IMG/VR virus record: IMGVR_UViG_3300042922_000911
Span: 31,823 to 95,822 of that record
DNA length: 64,000 nucleotides
Reading direction: 5' to 3' (one strand)
From: a virus
Positions 1 through 10,800 of the stretch are shown piece after piece (the stretch's first letter is position 1; every line of letters starts with the position of its first letter). Both the position numbers and the translations under genes were made by a program. The notes under the pieces are model-generated. The model did no database searches. It was not told the origin of the DNA and saw only the letters and a list, made by a program, of their open reading frames with translations.

Positions 1-120
1 CCCGGCAACGACTTCCGCATCAAGCCGAGCCTGAACCGCTACAACACCAAGTTCGGCGTCGGCGAGCTGTACCCCTACGAAAAGCTCAAGATCGGCACGA
101 TTACTTGGAGGGCTGACTAA
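1..120 (+). CDS. 3' end of upstream baseplate protein (probably baseplate J-like), partial
   Basis: Frame 1 is open from base 1 (PGNDFRIK...KIGTITWRAD*); stop TAA overlaps next ATG (TAATG); lies directly before a gpI-like wedge gene. Confidence 0.5.
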   Translation, partial: PGNDFRIKPSLNRYNTKFGVGELYPYEKLKIGTITWRAD

Positions 121-998
121 TGCCCGAGCAGTTTCTTACACAGGAACAGCGCCAGGATATGTATCGGCGCATCTTTGCGGCGATTCCTCGCACCTTCCTC
201 GACCCCAAGCACCCCGATAACGAGCTGATTGTCGGGGCGATCGCCTACGCCGTGGCCTACACCGAGGCCCACTGGCTCGAAATCGAGCGCGAACAGTTCC
301 TCGACACGGCAACGATCGACGGCCTGACCCGCTTCGGCAACTGGTTCGGCGTGCCGGTCGAGAACGGCGAAGACGTGGAAGTGTACCGGCAGCGGCTTCA
401 ACAGGCGCTTTACGGCCCGCGTCAAACCATCAAGGCGATCGAGAACGTCGTCGGCGCGGCCACGGGGCTGACCGTCAGGGTTCATGAGGTCGGCCGCGAC
501 ATTGTGACCATGAACCGGGGGGCCTGGACCGGCAAGAAGCTCCTGGGCGAAAGGTACTGCTGGGCGGTCTTTGAGGTCGTCACCGAGGGGCAAACGAACA
601 AGGTCGTGAAGTTCATGGACCGCATTCGCGCCGCCGGCACGCGCTGGCGGCACATCGAGCGCGTCTATCACTCGATCCTGCACGACCTCGCGCCCGGCGG
701 CGTGATCAGCCGCGAGCGCACGAAACACTGGTCGCTCGAGTTCCCCGAGATTCCCTTCCCGCTCTTCCCCGCGACGGCCAACCGCGAACACCTCGCGGCC
801 CGTGGCTCGATGTGGGGCCGCGACTTCACGAAGCACTCTTACCGGCACGTCGAGCGGGCGCAGCTCATTCGGCCACTGGACGTTACACAGGAAGAAACGG
901 AACACACAGTCCTGTGTAACTTCTTGCCTGACGACGCCCCGCTCTTCGCCTGGAACGATTCGGCGAGCCTGTGGGATGAATCCCGCTGGGCCAACTAG
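120..998 (+). CDS. Baseplate wedge / tail protein I-like
   Basis: Motif FLDTATIDGLTRFGNWFGVPVENGEDVEVYRQRL and RIRAAGT typical of P2 gpI / Mu gp48-like wedge proteins; tail context. Confidence 0.7.
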   Translation: MPEQFLTQEQRQDMYRRIFAAIPRTFLDPKHPDNELIVGAIAYAVAYTEAHWLEIEREQFLDTATIDGLTRFGNWFGVPVENGEDVEVYRQRLQQALYGPRQTIKAIENVVGAATGLTVRVHEVGRDIVTMNRGAWTGKKLLGERYCWAVFEVVTEGQTNKVVKFMDRIRAAGTRWRHIERVYHSILHDLAPGGVISRERTKHWSLEFPEIPFPLFPATANREHLAARGSMWGRDFTKHSYRHVERAQLIRPLDVTQEETEHTVLCNFLPDDAPLFAWNDSASLWDESRWAN

Positions 999-1034
999 GT
1001 TACACAGGAAAGACGTTACACAGGAGGACGCCCC

Positions 1035-1418
1035 ATGCCGACTACCCATTACGGCCTGCCCTACCAGCCCGCCGGTCAGGGCGATCGCCAGCTCGCGAAT
1101 CAGGCCCTCGACGGCATCGACGAGAACATTCACGCGATCGCCGTCACGCTCTCGACGCTGGTTCAGAACACAAGCCTCGGCGAACACGTCGAGGGCGAGG
1201 CCCTGGTCGGCGCGCTCGACGGCACCAACCGCGTCTTCACGGTCAGCCGCGCGCCCATCACGGGCACCATGCGCGTCTTCGCCTACGGCTGCACCCTGCT
1301 CGAGGGCGAGCATTTGACGCTCTCGGGTGCCGGTAACAAGACGCTGACGTTCAACCCCGGCTTGCAGCCCCGGCCGGGCTACCCCGGCAAAGCCAGCTAC
1401 CGCACGACGGAGGAATAG
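1035..1418 (+). CDS. Small tail-associated structural protein
   Basis: RBS AGGAGG; TTHYGLPY..., LDGTNRVFT motifs common in tail fibre-associated proteins. Confidence 0.6.
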   Translation: MPTTHYGLPYQPAGQGDRQLANQALDGIDENIHAIAVTLSTLVQNTSLGEHVEGEALVGALDGTNRVFTVSRAPITGTMRVFAYGCTLLEGEHLTLSGAGNKTLTFNPGLQPRPGYPGKASYRTTEE

Positions 1419-1421
1419 CCC

Positions 1422-3626
1422 ATGCCCTACGATCCCGATCAGTCCTACGTCATTCCCAAGTTCGCCTATCAGGCCCCGGTGGCGGCCGACGTGGGCGACC
1501 CTGACGGCGGGGCGTCGGCCAATCTGGCCGACTTGCTCGGCGTGCTGCGGTTCTTCCGGGGCTCTTTCACCGACCAGGCCGACCGCGACGCGCTGACGGG
1601 CCTCGCCGACGGCCACTTCGTCATTCTCAAGACCGACGAGAACAAGCCGCGCATCGACGTGTGGCACACGGGCGCGTGGCGCGCGGCCACCACGACGCAA
1701 ACGAGCGTCACCGGCCGGCTGGTGCCCCTGACGGAGAGCCCGCCGGGCTCGGGCCGCTACCCGCTGCCCTACTCGGGCGAGCATGAGCAGCTCTTCATCG
1801 AAACGATCCCGCAGCACGAAGGCGCAGAGCGCGACTACACCGTTGATGATTCCGACACGCCCATCTGCGCCGTGTTCAATTCGGGCAAGGGGCCGAAGGT
1901 GGGTCAGGTCGTCTACGGCACCAGCGCGATCCTCGGCCTGACCGGCACCGACGCGGCGACCCTCGGCGGCTATGTGCCCTCGACGGCCGTCACGCCGAAT
2001 GCGGTCGTGGTCCGCGGCCCCGACGGCTCGATCGCGGGCGTCGCCGGCTCCAACGCCGAAACGCTCGACGGCCACGCGACGGCCGTCAGCCCGAGCCACA
2101 CCCCCGACACGATCCCGGTTCACGACGGCGACGGCAACCTCGACGCCACCACCCTGACCGGCTTGCTCCCCTCGACGGCCGTTGCGGCCTCGGTCGTCGT
2201 GGTCAGGAACCCCGACGGCACCATTACAGGCATCGTGTCGGGAGGCGGCGGCAACGCCGACACCCTCGACGGCTACAACAGCGCGGTTTCCCCGGCGCAC
2301 ACCCCCAACACGATCCCCGTCCATGACGCATCCGGCGGCCTGGACGCGACCACGCTCGGCGGCGCAGCCCCGGCGACGGCCTCGACCCCCAACACGATCG
2401 TCAAGCGCCTGGGCGACGGCTCGATCACCGGCGTCAGCTCCAACGCCGACACCCTCGACGGCTACAACACGCTCGTCAGCCCCGCGCACGCGGCGAACCG
2501 CATCCCCGTCCACGACGCGAGCGGCGGGCTCGACGCGACGACCCTCGCGGGCGCGGTGGCCTCGAGCGCCGTCACCGCGAACGCCATCGTCAAGCGCGAC
2601 GGCAGCGGGGCGATCGCGGGCGCGGGCAGCAACGCCGACACCCTCGACGGGTACGACACGCTGGTTTCGCCCTCCCATGCGGCCTTCAAGATTCCGGTTC
2701 ACGACGCATCCGGCGGCCTGGACGCCACCACCCTGAACGGCGTGACCGCGACGACCTCGGCAACCGCCGGGGCGATCGTCAAGCGCAACCCAGACGGCAC
2801 CATCACGGGCGTTTCGACCAACGCCGACACCCTCGACGGCTACACGACCGCCGTTTCCCCGGCTCACACCGCAAACACCATCCCGGTTCACTCGGCTTCC
2901 GGCGGGCTCGACGCCACCACCCTCGGCGGCGCGGCCCCGGCCACCACCGCGACGGCCTCGACGATCGTCAAGCGCAACGGCGACGGCACCATTACGGGCG
3001 TCAGCTCCAACGCCGACACCCTCGACGGCTACAACACGGCCGTCAGCCCGGCTCATACCGCAAACACCATCCCCGTCCATGACGCCTCGGGCGGGCTCGA
3101 CGCTACCACCCTCGGCGGGGCCGCGCCCTCGACGGCCGCCACGGCGAACGCCATCGTCAAGCGCAACGCCGACGGCTCGATCACGGGCGTCACGGCCTCG
3201 GGCAAGTGTGAGCTGCACGTCTTCGCCTACAACGCCAGCACGCAGAGCATCACCGGCAACAATTCCAGCCAAACCAAGCTCAATTTCGGCACCGAAACGA
3301 CGGACACCTACAACCAGTTCGCCTCGGGCACGTTCACGGCACTCAGCGCGGGCGAGTACATCGTCGAGGTCGCCGTGCGCCCGGTGCGCGGCACGTCGGG
3401 CTCCAATAACCATTGCCTGATGCTCTACAAGAACGGCGCGGAGTTCATGAGCCACGGCTGGTATGCGGCTTCGGCTGACATTGAATACTACGTCGCGCAT
3501 ACCGTCACGTTCCCGGTCACGCTCGCGGCCGGCGACACGGTGGAGCTGTACCAGCGCGTCACCAACACCGTCACGAACCAGTCGGGCAACAACAAGCAGT
3601 ACGTCAAAATCTACAATGCGGTCTAG
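1422..3626 (+). CDS. Tail fibre A: ~60-aa NADTLDG repeats plus C-terminal C1q/TNF-like head
   Basis: Tandem repeats SNADTLDGYNTAVSPAHTANTIPVHDASGGLDATTLGG...; C-terminal FTALSAGEYIV...LYKNG...LAAGDTVEL pattern. Confidence 0.75.
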   Translation: MPYDPDQSYVIPKFAYQAPVAADVGDPDGGASANLADLLGVLRFFRGSFTDQADRDALTGLADGHFVILKTDENKPRIDVWHTGAWRAATTTQTSVTGRLVPLTESPPGSGRYPLPYSGEHEQLFIETIPQHEGAERDYTVDDSDTPICAVFNSGKGPKVGQVVYGTSAILGLTGTDAATLGGYVPSTAVTPNAVVVRGPDGSIAGVAGSNAETLDGHATAVSPSHTPDTIPVHDGDGNLDATTLTGLLPSTAVAASVVVVRNPDGTITGIVSGGGGNADTLDGYNSAVSPAHTPNTIPVHDASGGLDATTLGGAAPATASTPNTIVKRLGDGSITGVSSNADTLDGYNTLVSPAHAANRIPVHDASGGLDATTLAGAVASSAVTANAIVKRDGSGAIAGAGSNADTLDGYDTLVSPSHAAFKIPVHDASGGLDATTLNGVTATTSATAGAIVKRNPDGTITGVSTNADTLDGYTTAVSPAHTANTIPVHSASGGLDATTLGGAAPATTATASTIVKRNGDGTITGVSSNADTLDGYNTAVSPAHTANTIPVHDASGGLDATTLGGAAPSTAATANAIVKRNADGSITGVTASGKCELHVFAYNASTQSITGNNSSQTKLNFGTETTDTYNQFASGTFTALSAGEYIVEVAVRPVRGTSGSNNHCLMLYKNGAEFMSHGWYAASADIEYYVAHTVTFPVTLAAGDTVELYQRVTNTVTNQSGNNKQYVKIYNAV
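1940..3200 (+). repeat. ~180-bp coding tandem repeat, about 7 units, in fibre A
   Basis: Recurring aacgccgacaccctcgacggctac...cacgacgc...ctcgacgccaccaccctcggcggc with ~180-bp period. Confidence 0.85.
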
Positions 3627-3635
3627 GAGGCGATC

Positions 3636-5894
3636 ATGGCCTACAATCCCGAATCCCCCTTCGCCGTCCCCGGCTTCGCGCTCGAGCCCCTGTTGCTCGA
3701 GGACGTGGGCGACCCCGCTGCGGGGCCGTCGGCCAACCTGAAACAGGCCTTCGACGTGTTGCGCCGGTTCAGGGGCTACCAGACGACGAACGCGGCCAGG
3801 AACGCCCTCGCTGACCCACAGCCCGGCGACTTCGTGCTGATGCTCGCAAGCGGTGCGCGGCTGCGCGTGGACGTGTATTACACAGGAAACGGCTGGACCC
3901 CTTGGGGCGACACCCCGGCCGGGGCGCACACGCGCCTGACGCCGCTCGTCGAGAACCCCACAGGCAGCGGCCGGTACGATCTCTTCGGCTCGGGGTTGCA
4001 TGAGCGCGTCTTCGTCGAGCGCATCCCCCAATTTGAAGGCGTCGAGCGGGATTACACCGTGGATACGGCCACGACCCCATGGCAAGTCGTCTTCAACGAG
4101 GGTAAGAAGCCGCTCGAGGGGCGCACGGTCTTCGGGGCCGTGGCGCAACCGGACCTCACCAGCACGAACGCCGACACGCTTTTGGGCGCGCTCCCCGACA
4201 AGGGGCAGCTCGGCGGGGGCGTGGTCGTGCGCCAGGCCAACGGGACGATCGAGGGCGTCGGCGGCTCCAACGCCAACAGCCTCGACGGCTACGATTCGCT
4301 CGTTTCCCCTGGTCACGCCCCCAACAAGATCCCCGTTCACGACGACGACGGCAACCTCGACGCCACCACCCTCGGCGGCTTCGCGCCCTCGGGCGGCAAC
4401 GTCGGCTCGCGGGTCGTGGTGCGCGGGGCCGACGGCTCGATCGCGGGCTACGGCGGCACCGGCGGCGTCAACGGCGACACCCTCGACGGCTTCGACACCG
4501 TGGTAAGCCCGAGCCACGCGGCCGACAAGGTGCCGGTTCACGACGAGCTCGGCGGCCTGGACGCCACCACGCTCGAGGGCGCTGCGGCCTCGACCGCGGC
4601 AACCGCCGACGCGATCGCCAAGCGCGACGGCAGCGGGGCGATCGCCGGGGCATCGAGCGACAAAGACACCGTGGACGGCTACACGACGGCCGTCAGCCCC
4701 ACGCACACGGCCGACACCATCCCCGTTCACGATGCCGACGGCAACCTCGACGCCACCACCCTCGGCGGCGCGGCCCCCGACACGGCCGCGATCGCCGGGG
4801 CGATCGTCAAGCGCAACCCAGACGGCACGATCACGGGCCTGTCGAGCGACAAGGACACCGTAGACGGCTACACGACGGCCGTCAGCCCCACGCACACGGC
4901 AAGCACCATCCCGGTTCACTCGGCGACCGGCGGCCTGGACGCCACGACCCTCGGCGGGGCCGCGCCCTCGGCGGTCGTCGCCGGCAACACGATCGTCAAG
5001 CGCGACGGGTCGGGCGGAATCGCTGGCGTGAGCAGCGACGCGGCGACCCTCGACACCTTCGACACCGTGGTTTCGCCCACGCACACGGCGAGCCGCATCC
5101 CGGTTCACGACGCCGACGGCAACCTCGACGCCACAACCCTCGGCGGGGCCGCGCCGGCCACGGCCGCCACGGCGAACGCCATCGTCAAGCGCAACGCCGA
5201 CGGCACCATCACCGGGGCGGTTCTGACGACCGTGGACGGCTACAACACGGTCGTTTCCCCGACCCACACCGCCAACAAGATCCCGGTTCACTCGGCTGCC
5301 GGTGCGCTCGACGCCACCACCCTCATGGGGGCGCTCCCCGCCACCAGCGGCCCCGACACGATCCTCAAGCGCAAGGCCGACGGCACGATCGAGGGCATCA
5401 CGGCGAGCCCCGGCAAGCTGGAATTGGTCTATTACGGCTACATGGCGGCCGACAAGCAGATCGCGGCGTCGGGAACCACGGGCTTCCTGTGTAACACCGA
5501 GGTCGTCGATACCCTCGGCCTCACCTGGACGACCAGCGGCGGCAAATACTACTTCACGATGCCATCGGGCAGCACGGGCGAATACCTCGTCGTCTTTGGG
5601 CACGCCATGAACGCCATGAGCTCGGGCGTGATCACCATCGGCATGGGCTTTACGGAGTTTGACACCGGCATGGGCGACTACGACCCGGCGAACGATCGCG
5701 TCATCGGCCATTACAGCTCCAGCCGCGCCGACGCCTGGACATTGAGGTTCATTCAATGCCACCGGGTAAAGCTGACGGCGGGCGAGCGGTGGGGCGTGTT
5801 CAACGCCAATATCACCGGCATCACGCGCGGCATCAGCGTCAAGTGGCTCGCCGGGCAAAACAACACCTTCATTCGCATTTACCGAATCCTGTAA
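3636..5894 (+). CDS. Tail fibre B, paralog of fibre A with a different C-terminal head
   Basis: N-terminus and repeats align with 1422-3626; the C-terminal ~150 aa diverge. Confidence 0.75.
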   Translation: MAYNPESPFAVPGFALEPLLLEDVGDPAAGPSANLKQAFDVLRRFRGYQTTNAARNALADPQPGDFVLMLASGARLRVDVYYTGNGWTPWGDTPAGAHTRLTPLVENPTGSGRYDLFGSGLHERVFVERIPQFEGVERDYTVDTATTPWQVVFNEGKKPLEGRTVFGAVAQPDLTSTNADTLLGALPDKGQLGGGVVVRQANGTIEGVGGSNANSLDGYDSLVSPGHAPNKIPVHDDDGNLDATTLGGFAPSGGNVGSRVVVRGADGSIAGYGGTGGVNGDTLDGFDTVVSPSHAADKVPVHDELGGLDATTLEGAAASTAATADAIAKRDGSGAIAGASSDKDTVDGYTTAVSPTHTADTIPVHDADGNLDATTLGGAAPDTAAIAGAIVKRNPDGTITGLSSDKDTVDGYTTAVSPTHTASTIPVHSATGGLDATTLGGAAPSAVVAGNTIVKRDGSGGIAGVSSDAATLDTFDTVVSPTHTASRIPVHDADGNLDATTLGGAAPATAATANAIVKRNADGTITGAVLTTVDGYNTVVSPTHTANKIPVHSAAGALDATTLMGALPATSGPDTILKRKADGTIEGITASPGKLELVYYGYMAADKQIAASGTTGFLCNTEVVDTLGLTWTTSGGKYYFTMPSGSTGEYLVVFGHAMNAMSSGVITIGMGFTEFDTGMGDYDPANDRVIGHYSSSRADAWTLRFIQCHRVKLTAGERWGVFNANITGITRGISVKWLAGQNNTFIRIYRIL
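4165..5405 (+). repeat. ~180-bp coding tandem repeat, about 6-7 units, in fibre B
   Basis: Same repeat family as in fibre A. Confidence 0.85.
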
Positions 5895-5935
5895 GGCGGC
5901 AGAAAGCCACGTTGGGCAATAGCCCTTCGGGTGCT

Positions 5936-5975
5936 GGCAGAAACGGGCGGTTGAGCGGCCTCAGAATGCTACGAT
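5936..5975 (+). promoter_or_regulatory. Phage-specific promoter GGCAGAAA-N26-TACGAT
   Basis: One of eight sites with the same upstream box and 25-26 bp spacing; precedes 6002 CDS. Confidence 0.65.
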
Positions 5976-6001
5976 CGCCCCCATAGCAAGGAAGGGACAC
6001 C

Positions 6002-7264
6002 ATGGCGAACGAGCATCCCGCAAGCACCATGCCCACTACCTTCGCGACTGACGCGGAAGTAGCAGCGGCCATCACCGCGCACAACAACGCCTTTCACGCG
6101 CAGGACATTCCGCAGCGCCCCCGCCGTCGCAACAGCGTCGAGGCGGGGCGCGTCAGCGCGGCCGATGGCCTGCCCAACTTCATCGAGGCGGGCGCGGGCC
6201 TGAAAGCGACCCTGCGCGGTGCCGCCGTGCCGGCGGTCTTCAACTTCGCGGCGGGCTACGACCAGGGGCGACCCGTCGATAACCGCGTGACGATCGACGA
6301 GGACCTGTCGAACCTGTGGACGCTCACGGCGAACGCGACGAATTACCTGTTCCTCGAGCGGCAGAGCGACAACACGCTCGTCCCCTTGGCCTACACCGTC
6401 AGGCCCTCAGACGGCATGACGCTCCCCGCCACGGCGGCGCTCAACCAGCACCACTACGTCATTCCCGAGGGGCGCATGTACGTCTGCACGCAGGCCTCGA
6501 CCGGCGGCGGCAGCTCGAAAGTCAACGCGGCCACCACGGCGAACGCCCAATCGGGCGGCGCGCAGGGCGGCTACCCGGCGTCGAACGCCTACGACACCAA
6601 CGGCGCGAGCGGCTGGCGCTCGTCGCAGCTCGGGACCATGGTCTTCGATCGCGCCTGGATCGGTCAGGTCTTCGCCACGCGCAAGCGCATCACCGAGGTA
6701 GAAATTACACAGGAAACAGCCTCCAACAACCGCATTACGAGCTGCAAGGTCGAGGTGAGCGACAACAACTGGGCCACGGCCACCACGCTCGGGACGTTCC
6801 CCCTGGTCGGCGGCTACAACAAGATCACCATCCCCTCGCCGAGCCTGGGCCAGTCCATTCGCGTGAAAGCGAACGCCAGTACGGGTTCTTCGACGCCCTG
6901 GATCGTCTTCACGGTCAAGTTCAACGAGGACGTGCCGATCGTCGGCAACCCGCCGGTCTTCGCGACCAAGGAGCGCGTCTGCGTGGGCGAGGCCGTCACC
7001 GGCGCGACCTCAGTCACCGGAACGACGGGCTACGCCCTCAACGGCGAGTACGCGACCGGCCGGCGCGCGCTCAGCCCCGGCGTCTTGAACACCATCAAGC
7101 ACGCCCTCGGCACGACCAGCGCGCACCTGACCCTGCGCGGGGCCACGGCTGCCGGCGGCGCGCTCGGGCCGATCACCTACACCAGCATGGACCACCTGAC
7201 GCTCAACCTCACGCCTGACGGCTCGGTCGTCGAGGGCGAGGCGATCGTCACGCGCGGCTATTAG
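6002..7264 (+). CDS. Tail protein with discoidin/F5-8 type C-like carbohydrate-binding domain
   Basis: ASNAYD...SGWRS...AWIGQVF...ITEVEI...CKVEVSDNNW pattern; RBS AAGGAAGG. Confidence 0.6.
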   Translation: MANEHPASTMPTTFATDAEVAAAITAHNNAFHAQDIPQRPRRRNSVEAGRVSAADGLPNFIEAGAGLKATLRGAAVPAVFNFAAGYDQGRPVDNRVTIDEDLSNLWTLTANATNYLFLERQSDNTLVPLAYTVRPSDGMTLPATAALNQHHYVIPEGRMYVCTQASTGGGSSKVNAATTANAQSGGAQGGYPASNAYDTNGASGWRSSQLGTMVFDRAWIGQVFATRKRITEVEITQETASNNRITSCKVEVSDNNWATATTLGTFPLVGGYNKITIPSPSLGQSIRVKANASTGSSTPWIVFTVKFNEDVPIVGNPPVFATKERVCVGEAVTGATSVTGTTGYALNGEYATGRRALSPGVLNTIKHALGTTSAHLTLRGATAAGGALGPITYTSMDHLTLNLTPDGSVVEGEAIVTRGY

Positions 7265-7278
7265 AAGGAGCGACGACG

Positions 7279-7794
7279 ATGCCGAATGGATTGCTGCCCC
7301 TCGCGGGCAAGAAGGCGCTCGCGTACCACGCGGGCCAGAACGTCACGCACGCGGCGATCGGCCGCGGCGATTGGGCCGACAAGCAGAACCCGCCGATGGA
7401 AGACTTCAACGGCGACGCGCTCAAAGACGAGATCGGCCGCATCACCATTTCGGAAGTCGCTTACTTGATGGCTGACGCCGAGGGCACGATTCAGTTCTCG
7501 GGCGATTCCAGCCACTACCGCTTCGCCACCGAGGCCGAGATCGACGACGCGGCGCTTGAAGAGCTCGCGCCGTCGAATCAGGTCGTCTTCAAGTTCATCA
7601 TCCCCGAGAACGTGGCGGTCGGCGAGCTCGTCTGCGAAATCGCGCTCATTTACCAGGGCACCACGACCACGGCCGGATTCGCCACTGGCGGCCAAGTCAC
7701 CGACCCCGGCCATGTGTTCTACGTCGTCAACATTCCCGGCAACCCCATCGAGCCCGACAAAGAGCTCGAGCGGTGGGTTCGCGTGATCATGTAA
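7279..7794 (+). CDS. Tail collar / tail fibre-attachment protein
   Basis: THAAIGRG...ALKDEIGR...EIAL pattern typical of myophage collar proteins. Confidence 0.55.
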   Translation: MPNGLLPLAGKKALAYHAGQNVTHAAIGRGDWADKQNPPMEDFNGDALKDEIGRITISEVAYLMADAEGTIQFSGDSSHYRFATEAEIDDAALEELAPSNQVVFKFIIPENVAVGELVCEIALIYQGTTTTAGFATGGQVTDPGHVFYVVNIPGNPIEPDKELERWVRVIM

Positions 7795-7807
7795 GGAGGC
7801 CCCGAGA

Positions 7808-10800
7808 ATGACCCGCATTATCAACGACCAGCCGGAAAACGAGCTGAACGAGCTTGAAGTCGCCTTCTCGGGCGATCGCGACCTCGGGGACTACGAGCTG
7901 CGCCGCATTCAGCACAACACCGACCAGAAAATCCGCCGGCTCGGCGATTCGATCTACCCCGAAGGCTTCATCACGCAGGGGCTCGAGGGCACGGTGCAGC
8001 TCGTAACGAACGTGCTGACCCGTTCTGACAACTTCACCCATGCCGACTGGACGAAGGCCAACGGCGCGACCGTCGCGGCCAACGTCGCGGCCGACCGCGC
8101 GGGCGAGCAGAAAATGTCGCGCCTGAACATGGCGGCGAGTGGCGACCCGTACCTCGAGTACGTCGTGAGCGCCGATCCTGCCACCGGCCGGATCGTCTTC
8201 CACCTGGACGCCAAGCTCGAAACGACCCCGCTGCTCAAGCTCTCGTTCTGGGATGGCGTCGAGGAAACCAGCGTCACCAGCTTCACCCTGACGAGCGAGA
8301 TCACCCGCTACACGATCGCCAACGACGACGCCTGGACCGAGGACACCGACACGCTGACCGTGCGCGTGCGCGGCACCCTCGGCGGCACGGTCATTCTCGG
8401 CCGCGCCCAGGTCGAAGAGATCGAGGCCGGTCAGCCCCTCGTCGGCCATACCTACGTGCCGACGGCCGGCGCACCCGCATCTGCCGAGGGCAACGTCGTC
8501 AGCTTCGCCGCGGGCGCGGCCTTCGCGGGTGCCCTGCCCCGACTGGTCGCGGCCCAGACCCTCACCTATGACCCGCTCAAGCTGACGGGCTCGGATACGG
8601 TGTACCTCGAGCTGGCCCAACTCTACATCGACGCCGAAGAGCATCGGCCCGACCTCGACCACCCGATCACCGGCTTCCCCGGCAACGATTCGGTGCGCGA
8701 ATCGACGCAGCTCGTCACGACCGACACCACCAACCCGACGGTTCCCGTCGATCCGGTGGCTGAAAACCCGCAGTACCGCAGCAAGCTCGCGGTTCCCGTG
8801 TACCAGTTCAACCGCGACACGAACACGCTGACGCCTGTCGTGCTGCGGAACAACCTCGACATTTCCAAGATGAACGGCCTGCTCAACGGCCGGCGCATCG
8901 AAACGCAGACCGTGCCCGAAGACGCGCTCGACACGATCGCGACCGAGGGCCAGTACGGCTTGCTCGCGGCCCAGGCGCGGCGCATGTTCAACGCCACGGG
9001 CAATTACGTCAACTTCCGAAACAAGGGCGAGCGGCCGATCGTGCAGGACACGACCGACACCGAGGCCGTCACCCTCAAGATCAACCCGCTCGACGGCTAC
9101 GCCTCGGGCCGCAGCTACTACCTGGAAGAGCCCATCTTCAAGACGCTCTCGCTCGAGGCCACCACCGAAGCGCGCGTGAACGAGGGCCATTCGTACCTGA
9201 CGGCCACCGTGCCGCGCACCTACACCCTTTCCAAGTTCCCCGTCACCGACATTGACAGCCTTTCGGGCATCGTCGAGGTCGTCGATGCCGACGTGGTGAA
9301 GTCGGCCCTGCTGAACCCGCTCGATCCGATCTACACCGGCGGCGAAGAGCGGCCCATCTACCAGATCATCGAGGTCAAGCAGACCGTCGGCGAAACGACC
9401 ACCGTGTTCGTCGCCGGCACCGACTACGTGCAGAACGGCGACTTCGTGGACTGGACGCCAGCGAGCGGCACGGCCGAGCCGGAAGCGGGCAGCACCTACA
9501 AGGTGACGTACCGCTACACGCGCACGTTCGGGGCTGACGAGTACAGCTTCAACGCGACCAGCGTCACGTTCCTCGGCGACGGCACCGACCTCGCGCCGCT
9601 GCCGGTCAACAACACGCCCTTCCAGGTCGATTACCATTACGGGCTCTCGCGCCGCGATCTGATCTACTTGTCCAACCGCGGCACGGCCTCGGGCGGCTCT
9701 ATTGGCGTGGTGACGGGCATCCCCCACTATGCCCCGGTCGCCCCGGCCGAGCCTGCGGGCACCATGCCCTTGTGGGAAGTCCTGGTGCCCTACGACAGCA
9801 CCGCGATCAAGCTGACCGACCGTTACACGCCCGGTGTCTCGATGGCGGAAATGGTCAAGATGCAAAAACTGCTCTACTCGGCGCTTTACGACATTGCGAC
9901 CCTCGCGGCGCACGTCAACTACAAGACCAAGAACACCGGCCTGAAAGAGGTTCAGACCGATCCGTTCATGAACGCTGACCTGTTCGACACCAACGCCGCG
10001 TGGTTTGGCGAGCCGGGCGAGCTGGCCGCGCGCATCGACCTCGACACCGGCACGCTTCGCATGGCGCGCACGCGGGCCGAGGCGGTCTTGAACCTCGACA
10101 CCAGCCGCTCGACGTGCGCGACGCGCGGCGCGTGGGCGGGCCTGCCTTTCGAGGACGTGGCGAAGGCCTCGCAGCTTCAATACAGCTCCCATGAGAGCGT
10201 CAACCCGTTCAGCTCGGTTGTGCTGCCGGTGATCCCGCCCATGATCACGCTCTCGGTCAGCGCCTTCCGCACGACCAACAGCGGCCCGCGCGATCTCCAA
10301 CGCTGGTTCACCTGGGCCGCGGACCGCACGACCCGTACCGAAGTCTTCATCCCCGAGGGTCAGGTCATTTTCGAGAACGACGACGAGGGCTTCAACCGCT
10401 CGAGGCGCAACGGCCGCGACGTGCTGAGCCTGCGTTTCACCACCCGCGGCACCCGGTTCCTGCCCGGCGAGCTCGTCACGATCCGCGTCGATGGCGTGAG
10501 CGTCGGCACGACCAACGCCGACGCCAGCGGCAACTTTGAGTTCACCGTCACCCGCGAGGCCGTCAGCCTGAGTGGCATCGTGACGGCGACCGGCGAGGTG
10601 TCGGGCGTCGCGCGGGCGACCTTCAACATTCCTTTCCGCACGCAGCGCGTCGATCCGCAGGCGCAGACCTTCGTCTTCGACGTGAACGGCGATTGTACGG
10701 GCGTGGACCTGTTCTTCTTCTCCAAGGGCACCACCGAGCCGTGTATCGTCACGATGCGGCCCCTGACGGTCGGCCTGCCTTCCGAAGAGGTGCTTGCCAT

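Noticed and set aside
117-5858. 1913-aa minus-strand ORF
   Set aside because: Antisense shadow of high-GC + strand tail genes; no protein motifs
1422-5894. Diversity-generating retroelement acting on the fibres
   Set aside because: No reverse transcriptase and no TR/VR pair with adenine-specific differences seen
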